Made by a program: the position numbers and the translations under genes. The notes beneath the pieces are model-generated. The model saw only the letters and a program-made list of their open reading frames with translations, was not told the origin of the DNA and did no database searches. A stretch of 64,000 bases of DNA, from contig NIVC01002860.1 of assembly GCA_002269645.1 (NCBI GenBank), positions 1 to 64,000 on the forward strand. Direction: 5' to 3'. Each line of letters begins with the position of its first letter. Position 1 is the first letter of the stretch. The stretch comes from Macrostomum lignano. Lineage: Eukaryota. Shown here piece by piece: positions 39,139-53,417 of the stretch.

Positions 39139-39305
39139 GTTCGGGTTCAGTTCCCAACAGCCAATCAAATCTGATAAACTGTGTTTGCTGTCACAGGGTA
39201 ATTAAATCGCTCAATATCCAATCCTTGACCTTCTGCTAAACTTCCGTGCCCTAATTTGGTTTGTACAAGTTTTGAAAACTTTTGACTTGTCGGGAGCTAC
39301 CGAAA

Positions 39306-42300
39306 ATGCCTTCGGCCAATGGCAACGGCGATTGTGAGGGCCCGGAGTCCGGCCAGGACCTGCAGTTCACCCAGGAGGAGCGGGACCGCATCAATCGCAT
39401 CGTCAGCCAGATGCCGTCCGAGGGAGGCGCCATTGAAGCGCCGAGTACCCGGCTGAACCAGCCAATCCACCGCAGAGATGTGCTCAGCAACGATGGAGTC
39501 GAGTTCAGCGTGCCCGAGACCGAGGAGGATCCGGAAATTGAACTGGTTCAGGGCTTGTTCCGCGATAGGGAGTATCTCAGGCGCATGGAGCAGGTGAGTG
39601 CATTGCAGAACATAATCCACCGTTTCTGAGTTGGTTGCTCCCAGATCCCCATGTTGATTCGGCCCAGATCCCCATGTTGACTCCCAGATCCTCATGTTGA
39701 TTCCCAGATCCTCATGTTGACTCCCACATCCCAATGTTGATTCCCAGATCCCCTGTGCTCATTTCTAGATCCCCATGTTGACTCCCAGATCCTCATGTTG
39801 ACCTCCAGATCCTAATGTTGATTCCCAGATCCCCTGTGCTCATTTCTAGATCCCCATGTTGACTCCCAGATCCTCATGTTGACCTCCAGATCCTAATGTT
39901 GATTCCCAGATCCCCTGTGCTCATTTCTAGATCCCTACGTTGATTTCCAGATTCCCATGTTGATTTTTAGATCCCCATGTTGATTCCCAGACCCTAATGT
40001 TGATTTCCAGATCCCCATGTTGACTCCCAGATCCCCATTGTTGATTTCTAAATCCCTATGTTGATCCCTGCTTAATCTCAGATCCCCATGTTGATTCCCA
40101 GATCCCCATGTTGATTCCCAGATCCCCACGTTGATTCCCAGATCCCCATGTTGATTCCCAGATCCCCATGTTGATTCCCAGATCCCCATGTTGATTCCCA
40201 GATCCCCATGTTTATTCCCAGACCCTCATGTTGATTTCTAGATCCCCATGTTGATTCCCAGACCCTCATGTTGATTTCCAGATCCCCATGTTGATTCCCA
40301 GACCCTCATGTTGATTTCCAGATCCCCATGTTGACTCCCAGATCCCCATGTTGACTCCCAGATCCCCATTGTTGATTTCTAAATCCCTATGTTGATTCCT
40401 GCTTAATCCCAGATCCCCATGTTGATTCCCAGATTCCCACGTTGATTCCCAGATCCCCATGTTGATTCCCAGCTCCCAAACCCCATATTCCCAAGTGGGT
40501 CCTAGATTTCCCAGGCAAGCCTCTTGGCCTCAATCGGTGAGACCTGACCCGAGCCCGGCCCGCTGCTCCCGCAGGTGGGCATCAGCGACGATGAAGATGA
40601 CGACGATGCCGAGGACGACGCTAGCGGCGTCTCCCGATTCGAGCGCAAGCGGCGCACGATGACCGACGTGTTCCCGGACCCCGGCTCGGAGCGGCACGGC
40701 CTGCTGCACAAGCGGGTGAAGAAGTTCGGCTCGGGCAGCCCGCCGCCCCTGGACGCCATGGTGACCTTCCACTATACCCTGTTCGCCGAGTCGCTAGTCG
40801 AGCCTTTCGACTCCACCAGGCAGCACCTGGACGCCAAGCCGTACACGAAGCGGCTGAACTCCGACATGATCCCCGGCATCGACTGGGCCCTGGCCAGCAT
40901 GTGCAAGGGCGAGCGGGCCCTGTTCCACATCCACCCCGACGCCTTCCTTGGCGAGCAGGGCGCCGCTCCGCGCATCCCCGGCGGCGAGCCGATCCTGGCC
41001 GACGTCGAGTTGGTCAGCTTCTGCGACAGCCACTCGGTGGACGCGTTCTATTCCCGGGACGAGGACGAGCGCCGGAAGGTGCCATTCCGGGTACAGCTGG
41101 GCGTTGTGCAGAACCTGCGACACACCGCCAAGGACCTGTTCGGCCGCCGCCTGCACGTGCAAGCCTATCAAAAATACCGAGCCGCTGAGCAGGTGCTCAC
41201 GAGCATGAATGTCACCAGCGAAGAGGTTAGTTGGCTGGCGCGCCTGCGGCTACTGCAGCTGTCGCTCTGGGGCCTAAGCCAGTGTCAAAGTCTATGTCTT
41301 GACCATAGACATATAATGGGCCGTGTTAGGCCATAGACATGTGGGTGTGTTAGGCCATAGACATGTGGGTGTGTTAGGCCATAGACATGTGGGTGTGTTA
41401 GGCCATAGACATGTGGGTGTGTTAGGCCACAGACAAATGTAGATGTGTTAGGCCACAGACATATGTAGATGTGTTAGGCCACAGATATATGTAGGTCTGT
41501 TAAGCCACAGACAAATGTAGGTGTGTTAGGCCATAGACATACGTAGGTGTGTTAGGCCATAGACATGCGGGTGTGTTAGGCCATAGACATGCGGGTGTGT
41601 TAGGCCATAGACATATGTAGGTTTGTTAAGCCATATACATCTAAAAGCGCAGACATCACTGTAATCTTCTCCCTACAAGGAGCCCTGATTTATTTTCGAG
41701 AGTTGCCGTTGTCAGTCTTAAAAAGTTGCCCATATATGTACGAGTATCGCCCCGAGAATCATCCTAATGTAGTTCACACAATCGCCCCCTGAGAATGACC
41801 CCAAACACACTCTGGGAGTCGCCCTGAACTCACCCTGAGAATGACCCCAAACACACTCTGGGAGTCGCCCTGAACTCACCCTGAGAATGACCCCAAACAC
41901 ACTCTGGGAGTCGCCCTGAACTCACCCTGAGAATGACCCCAAACACACTCTGGGAGTCGCCCTGAACTCACCCTGAGAATGACCCCAAACACACTCTGGG
42001 AGTCGCCCTGAACTCACCCTGAGAATGACCCCAAACACACTCTGGGAATCGCCCTGAACTCACCCTGAGAATGACCCTAAACACACTCTGGGAGTCGCCC
42101 TGAACTCACCCTGAGAATGACCCCAAACACACTCTGGGAGTCGCCCTGAACTCACCCTGAGAATGACCCCAAACACACTCTGGGAGTCGCCCTGAACTCA
42201 CCCTGAGAATGACCCCAAACACACTCTGGGAGTCGCCCTGAACTCACCCTGAGAATGACCCCAAACACACTCTGGGAGTCGCCCTGAACTCACCCTGTGA

Positions 42301-43071
42301 ATGACCCCAAACACGCTCTGGGAGTCGCCCTGAACTCACCCTGAGAATGACCCCAAACACACTCTGGGAGTCGCCCTGAACTCACCCTGAGAATGACCCC
42401 AAACACACTCTGGGAGTCGCCCTGAACTCACCCTGAGAATGACCCCAAACAAACCGGCCAACCCGCAGGAGGAAGCCCGCATGAACCGGGAGCTGTCGGT
42501 GATCAGTGTCAACAAGGCCATCACGCTGTACCACCTCGGCAAGTTCCCGTCGGCTGTGCGCGAATGCAACGAGGCTCTGAAGCGGGACGAGCGCAACCCC
42601 AAGGCGCTGTTGTGGCGCGGCGAAGCCCTCTGCTCCATGGGCCAGCACGCCGAGGCGGCCAGATCGCTGCAGCGATGCCGCGAGATTCTCGGCGTCGGCC
42701 TGAGCTCGAATTCTCGCGACCGAGTCGAGAAGGCCATCCGACGAAACGATGACGAGCTGCGGAAATACCGGGAGGACCAGCGAAGGCTCTACAGGCGCAT
42801 GGGCGGCGACTTTTCCGGCGGCGGCAACGGCTCGCAGTCTCAACAGCAGCAGCAGCGGGATGAGCAGCCGATCAACCCGGAGCTCCGCCGCAAACTGGAC
42901 GAGTTCCTGGCCAACCCGTCCATGCCGAACTTGGTGGTCAGCAAGGCCGTGCTGACAGAGACGGATGTGAAACAGCTGACTGCGGCCGCCAAGGCTGCGG
43001 ACCCCAGGCTGACGGTGCAGGAGACGCCCAGAACTGTCACCATTGTGAAGCCCAAGCCGAATTTCGGTTGA
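39306..43071 (+). CDS. FKBP6: FKBP6/shutdown-like FKBP-type PPIase domain plus TPR co-chaperone, about 513 aa, 3 exons
   Basis: Exons 39306-39593, 40575-41225, 42469-43071 (all phase 0, GT-AG). FKBP domain (VTFHYTLFAESLVEPFDST...IPGIDWALASMCKGERALF...PRIPGGEPILADVELVSF) preceded by SRFER..M, then TPRs (AKDLFGRRLHVQAYQKY; VNKAITLYHLG; DERNPKALLWRGEAL) and YREDQRRLYRRM; this layout matches FKBP6/shu as I know them. Confidence 0.82.
39640..40470. repeat. 20-bp minisatellite (GATCCCCATGTTGATTCCCA)n in FKBP6 intron 1
   Basis: Direct inspection. Confidence 0.95.
41284..41657 (+). repeat. Dispersed element with expanded 24/26-bp minisatellite (GCCATAGACATGTGGGTGTGTTAG)n
   Basis: Same flanks as 8568-8660 but about 14 units. 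Confidence 0.85.
41787..42450. repeat. 46-bp minisatellite in FKBP6 intron 2
   Basis: Unit GCCCTGAACTCACCCTGAGAATGACCCCAAACACACTCTGGGAGTC; ends 18 nt before the acceptor. Confidence 0.96.
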
Positions 43072-43304
43072 CTGGAGCCGGCCATTCAACAGCTGCTGGA
43101 TGAGCAACTGTCCCGCGTGCTTGATTGTTGCGAGTGCGTTTGTTACCCTCTATTGCTTCCCTCGTTTTTTAGTTCTAGTTTTCATGTTTATGAAAAATTT
43201 GGGTGTCTCAGACTAGCGGGATTACGGGTGGGTTTCACGGCTGGTGGTAGAGTGTGTGTTAGAGTCTGTGGGGTACATGTAGTTTGTAGAATTTAGAGGA
43301 AATG

Positions 43305-43960
43305 GTAGAATGGATGGCAGATTGTAAAGTAGGTGCAGTAGAGTGTGGGATAGATGAGTGGCAGATTGTAGAGCAGGTGCAGTAGAGTGTTGGATAGATG
43401 AGTGGCAGATTGTAGAGCAGGTGCAGTAGAGTGTGGGATAGATGAGTGGCAGATTGTAAAGTAGGTGTAGTAGAGTGTGGGATAGATGAATGGCAGATTG
43501 TAGAGCAGTTGCAGTAGAGTGTGGGATAGATGGATGGCAGATTGTAGAGCAGTTGCAGTAGAGTGTGGGATAGATGGATGGCAGATTGTAGAGTAGGTGC
43601 AGTAGAGTGTGGGATAGATGGGTGGCAGATTGTAGAGTAGGTGCAGTAGAGTGTGGGATAGATGAGTGGCAGATTGTAGAGCAGTTGCAGTAGAGTGTGG
43701 GATAGATGAGTGGCAGATTGTAAAGTAGGTGCAGTAGAGTGTGGGATAGATGGGTGGCAGATTGTAGAGCAGGTGCAGTAGAGTGTGGGATAGATGAGTG
43801 GCAGATTGTAGAGCAGGTGCAGTAGAGTGTGGGATAGATGAGTGGCAGATTGTAAAGTAGGTGCAGTAGAGTGTGGGATAGATGGGTGGCAGATTGTAGA
43901 GTAGGTGCAGTAGAGTGTGGGATAGATGGGTAGCAGACTGTAGAGTTGGTGCAGTAGAGT
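43305..43960. repeat. 44-bp minisatellite
   Basis: Unit GCAGTAGAGTGTGGGATAGATGAGTGGCAGATTGTAGAGCAGGT. Confidence 0.95.
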
Positions 43961-44351
43961 GTGGGGCAGACGGTATGCACAGCACAATGGGCACATAAGT
44001 AGTCATGATAGGCAGTCATATAACGGTATTGTATTGCATTTCCGACCTTTTTAAATCTATAATATGCTTTTCTTTACATTTTTTAAAAATTCAAAACATT
44101 TTGTGTCTAATTAATAATAATAAACTATTACCTAATTAGTTACTTAGTTAATCAAACAGTTCACTATGCGTTTGAAACGAAATGTTTGTTCGTGTTTCTG
44201 AGAAATGCCAAACATTTGTTACTTGAATAAATTTATGATTGGATGAGTAGTGCAGTTGCAGAAGAGGTGAAAGACTGACAAATCAGTGTAGGATGAGTTT
44301 TCTAACTCAGCATGGCAGGGTCGACCTCAGCCTTTAGTTAAATTATAATTT

Positions 44352-44455
44352 CCTAATTTGGTTCATAAAAGTTTCTGAAACTTTTCACTTGTCGAGAGCT
44401 ACCGAGAATTCCCCCAGTTAATGGCAATGGCGATTGTGGCGAACCGGAGTCCGGC
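44352..44455 (+). pseudogene. Truncated relic copy of the FKBP6 5' region and start of exon 1
   Basis: Ungapped match to 39250-39353 with 84/104 identities (hand count); the start codon ATG is changed to ATT. Confidence 0.85.
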
Positions 44456-44479
44456 ATTAGTCTTTGAGGTACATGCCAT

Positions 44480-44765
44480 AGATTGTAGAGTAGGTGGTAG
44501 AGTGCGGGATAGCTGGATGGCAGATTGTAGAGTAGGTGGTAGAGTGCGGGATAGCTGGATGGCAGATTGTAGAGTAGGTGGTAGAGTGCGGGATAGGTGG
44601 ATGGCAGATTGTAGAGTAGGTGGTAGAGTGCGGGATAGGTGGATGGCAGATTGTAGAGTAGGTGGTAGAGTGCGGGATAGGTGGATGGCAGATTGTAGAG
44701 TAGGTGGTAGAGTGCGGGATAGGTGGATGGCAGATTGTAGATGTAGAGTAGGTGTGGTAGATTGT
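44480..44765. repeat. 42-bp minisatellite related to the 44-bp array
   Basis: Unit GATTGTAGAGTAGGTGGTAGAGTGCGGGATAGGTGGATGGCA; right flank similar to 43960-44030. Confidence 0.93.
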
Positions 44766-45294
44766 GGGGCAGGCACAGCACGATGGGTACATGAGTAGTC
44801 AGACAGACATACGGCAGCATTCCCTTACATTTGAATCAAAATACATTATTATTAATATTATAATTAGTATATATATATACACGTGTAATAATTTTATATA
44901 TTATTATTTTTATTAATTATTATTCACTTATCTCTTCCGCTGGAAAGAAACTAGTCGCATTATACTACTAGCTAGCGATTGTTTGTAAGTAGGCAGATTG
45001 CGCAGTGTGTCCGTGTAATTTCTGAACTGAATCCTTGTTCTACGTATTATCGCGTGTTCGGCTTGTTGATTCTGCTGTCCGCGGCCCATCCTGCCCTTCA
45101 TTGTGGCGTCAAATATAGACTAAGTCTTTCTTAGAAATTCCAAGCGTTTAGCTCGTGTTACTTGAATAAGTTTATGAACGAGACAAAAGTGCAGTTGCAG
45201 AAAGGGGCGAAAGCTGGCGATTGGAGCAAGGACAAGTTGGGCCAAATCATCCCTGCAACTTCCTCATTTTAGGTTGCTTTAAGTTGCCCGCCAA

Positions 45295-46054
45295 GACTCT
45301 ATCCGGCCCTCCGGTCCTTTGAAAATTCACAACAGAAATTTTACCGTATCGTGGTTTGTCTCCTCTCAGCTCTCTTTTCGAATCTCCTCTCTCCTCTTCC
45401 TTCTCCTCTTTCCCCTCCTTTCCTCTCTCCTCTCCGCTCTATTCTCCTTCCTTCTCCTCTCCAGTTTCTTCTTCCCCTTTCCTCTCCTCTCTCTTCTCTC
45501 CTCTCCTCTCCTCTCCTCTCCTCTCCCTTCTCCTCTCTCCTCTCCTCTCTCTCTCCTCTCTCTTCTCTCCTCTCCTCTCTCTTCTCTCCTCTCCTCTCTC
45601 CTCTCCTCTCCTCTCCTCTCTCTTCTCTCCTCTCCTCTCCTCTCGTCTCCTCTCCCTTCTCCTCTCTCCTCTCCTCTCTCTCTCCTCTCTCTTCTCTCCT
45701 CTCCTCTCTCTTCTCTCCTCTCCTCTCCTCTCCTCTCCTCTCCTCTCTCTCCTCTCCTCTCCTCTCTCTTCTCTCCTCTCCTCTCCTCTCGTCTCCTCTC
45801 CCTTCTCCTCTCTCCTCTCCTCTCTCTCTCCTCTCTCTTCTCTCCTCTCCTCTCCCCTGCCTTCTTCTCTCTCATCTTCTCTTCTCTCCTCTCCCTTCTC
45901 TCTCCTCTCCTCTCTTTCGCCTCACCTCGTCTCTCGCTCCTCGCCTCTCCCTTCTCCTATCACTCTTCTCTCTTCTCTCTCCCCTCCTCCGGCCTTCAGT
46001 CATGCACTGGGTTCTCGATCTGGGGCTTTGCGGTAAAAAGTTTACCAAACCCTG
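45295..46054 (+). mobile_element. hAT-MITE relic with an expanded (CTCCT)n pyrimidine tract
   Basis: 45297-45335 resembles 57005-57045; right end AGTTTACCAAACCCTG resembles the TIR of 56954-57222; about 600 bp of CT low complexity lies between. Left TIR not seen. Confidence 0.5.
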
Positions 46055-47247
46055 TGTTTTATTGTACCTTGTTGAATCCCCAAGGTGTTCACAGCTGCAG
46101 AAGCGAGAAATGACGTGCTAAACGAAGCGCCTGGCCAGTCGGGTGAATTTCGCTGGCTCAGAAACTTCACGATTTCTACCGGGCAAACTTAATTTCGAGC
46201 TTTTGAATCGCCCGCCAATTTCCAACTCGCACGAAGTCGCTGCTTGCTTGGCTGCAGCCGGGGTCTTTTTGGCCCCCTTTATTTGCTCTGGTTATCTGGG
46301 GTCGGTGCAAGGCCTCACTCAGTCTGAGCAGGCCCGCCGCTGTACTCATAACAGTCTGTTTGCTCTGAAGTTTGGGCGTCTCGGTTAGAAGAACTTCGGA
46401 GACCCGACAGCTCGAGATCCTACATGGAATCTATTTTGTCAGTTATGCGAGTGCACTATGTGGGGGGGGGGGCACATCCGTGATAAATTGCTTACCGGGT
46501 CTGCAAAGTAACGTATTTGCCGCTACGCTCGTAGACTAGAGGTTAAAAATATCGGCCACTCAAGCAGAAGACACTCAGAATTTTATCAAATTTCGCTGCA
46601 AAATGCATTTGCGATTTTTTTCAGTTTTTAGTTTTAAGGTGTAATGATATTAATACTGAAATTTGCACGCAAAACTGACGTTGCCAATTCATTATTTATT
46701 GCACAATAGCGCTAAGTCCGATCGCAGCCCCAGCTGAAATAAAAGTCAAATGATTCTGTGTTCTACATCTAGAATGAATGCATTGAGTACAGTTGAGAAC
46801 AGTCGTGTTAGTACGTGACTTCGATCATTTGGCTCGGGAGTAATCAGGACTGAAAAAATGGGGGGGGGGGCAAATATCGAGCCACGATATAATGCCGGTT
46901 AACACTGAGCACACCAACTGAGTACAAAAGGAATTAAAAAGGTAGCTCGTAAAAAGAAGCAATAGTCGGCGACAATTAACCTGCAAGAATAAATGGCACA
47001 GAGAGGCATGCACGGGCCAACAGATCGCCCCCCCCCCCGGACGCTACTGCGTCCCAATTAAGGTCCGGTGTGACTTCCCACCTTCGCAATCAGTTTGCCT
47101 GTTCGAACTCAGAAGCCTTGCTTGCCTTGCTACTCCGTATATGTAAATAGTTCTTCAGCTATCACAGTACTCGCGCGTACCCCACTAGTGGTCCTTGTAT
47201 GCAAATAGGCACTGAAAAACAGTCTTCGCCCGGCTCAGCTCAGCTGC

Positions 47248-51215
<3,968 letters not shown>

Positions 51216-51664
51216 GCTGAGTGACTGCCGCGCGACCAGCCTGCGCAAAATTTGCAAAAATAAAGAGCCGAGCCAGAAAGACACTTAAAGACTGTTCGCT
51301 GCTCTTATCAGTTCGCGTGGGTTGAGGGGGAGGGGGGTCCGCGTTCGCCACGGGGCTCTGACAGCTTTGCTATAAAAAGCAAGTAAGATAGAAAAAATAT
51401 GATATGCACTGCAGGCTCATTTGAGTCATTAGCTGGAGTCTCTGTCGACTAGTACGAGCTGTTAACAAGCTAATATCTCTGTGCGGTGGCAAAATAACTG
51501 GGCGATTTAGAACTGATGCACAGCTTATTAACAGCACTGTGTAAGTGATAGCGTGCTGTGGTGAAACTTGGACTAACATTTACCTATTTTTTAGCCTTTA
51601 AGACTTGGCTGTGGTTCTTTTATTAAGTCAGGACATCCTGATTTTTTAAAGCTTTTATCAACGA

Positions 51665-52260
51665 GCTATCTCCCTCTCTCCACCCTCCCTCTCTCTACTC
51701 TCCCTCTCTCCACTCTCCCTCTCTCTACTCTCCCTCTCTCCACTCTCCCTCTCTCCACTCTCCCTCTCTCCACTCTCCCTCTCTCCACTCTCCCTCTCTC
51801 CACTCTCCCTCTCTCCACTCTCCCTCTCTCTACTCTCCCTCTCTCTACTCTCCCCTCTCCACTCTCCCTCTCTCCACTCTCCCTCTCTCCACTCTCCCTC
51901 TCTCCACTCTCCCTCTCTCCACTCTCCCTCTCTCCACTCTCCCTCTCTCCACTCTCCCTCTCTCCACTCTCCCTCTCTCCACTCTCCCTCTCTCCACTCT
52001 CCCTCTCTCCACTCTCCCTCTCTCCACTCTGCCTCTCTCCACTCTCCCTCTCTCCACTCTGCCTCTCTCCACTCTGCCTCTCTCCACTCTCCCTCTCTCC
52101 ACTCTGCCTCTCTCCACTCTCCCTCTCCACTCTCCCTCTCTCCACTCTCCCTCTCTCCACTCTCCCTCTCTCCACTCTCCCTCTCTCCACTCTCCTCTCT
52201 CCACTCTCCCTCTCTCCACTCTCCCTCTCTCCACTCTCCGTCACTCCACTCTCCCCCTCA
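51665..52260. repeat. 15-bp repeat (CTCTCTCCACTCTCC)n
   Basis: Direct inspection. Confidence 0.95.
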
Positions 52261-52394
52261 CCGCTCTTCCTCTCTCTTCTTCCTTCGATCCCTCTTCGTT
52301 ATCCCTCTCTGCCCGCTCCTGGCCTACTTTAAGTAGCGACAGTCGATCTAATGAACACTTGTTTTATAACTTTTCTGTCGGAAGAAATCAGGTA

Positions 52395-53128
52395 TTGTGT
52401 TGGATTCCAATCAGTTTTGTGTTAGATTCCAATCAGTTTTGTGTTGGATTCCAATCAGTTTTGTGTTGGATTCCAATCAGTTTTGTGTTGGATTCCAATC
52501 AGTTTTGTGTTGGATTCCAATCAATCAGTTTTGTGTTGGATTCCAATCAATCAGTTTTGTGTTGGATTCCAATCAGTTTTGTGTTGGATTCCAATCAGTT
52601 TTGTGTTGGATTCCAATCAGTTTTGTGTTGGATTCCAATCAGTTTTGTGTTGGATTCCAATCAGTTTTGTGTTGGATTCCAATCAGTTTTGTATTGGATT
52701 CCAATCAGTTTTGTGTTGGATTCCAATCAGTTTTGTGTTGGATTCCAATCAGTTTTGTGTTGGATTCCAATCAGTTTTGTGTTGGATTCCACTCAGTTTT
52801 GTGTTGGATTCCAATCAGTTTTGTGTTGGATTCCAATCAATCAGTTTTGTGTTGGATTCCAATCAGTTTTTTGTTGGATTCCAATCAGTTTTGTGTTGGA
52901 TTCCAATCAGTTTTGTGTTGGATTCCAATCAGTTTTGTGTTGGATTCCAATCAGTTTTGTGTTGGATTCCAATCAGTTTTGTGTTGGATTCCAATCAGTT
53001 TTGTGTTGGATTCCAATCAATCAGTTTTGTGTTGGATTCCAATCAGTTTTGTGTTGGATTCCAATCAGTTTTGTGTTAGATTCCAATCAGTTTTGTGTTG
53101 GATTCCAATCAGTTTTGTGTTGGATTCC
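52395..53128. repeat. 22-bp minisatellite (GTTGGATTCCAATCAGTTTTGT)n
   Basis: Direct inspection. Confidence 0.96.
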
Positions 53129-53417
53129 TATAATTCACGGGTTTCATTTCAATCCTTGCTGCGTTATCTGTGTTAAAAATTTTGCAATAATAACCGAATA
53201 TTATATTTAAAAGTTTTCTATCAGAGTCATATCGGATCAGTGAGTACATACCGGTATTTGTTTGTTTAAATGGGTAAATGCAAAATTTTAGCATTAAAAA
53301 AGCCTGCCTGAAAAGCAACTGGTACCAAGGTCACACAGGCTCTTGGAGCCGCTATCAGGTGAGGCCTAGCAACTCTCAATTAATAATCATATTGACATCC
53401 GCGTTGGCCAGAATCCG

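Noticed and set aside
40459-43107. Antisense and alternate-frame ORFs over FKBP6 (and likewise over 47240-48268 and 59123-60112)
   Set aside because: Shadow ORFs of GC-rich coding exons.
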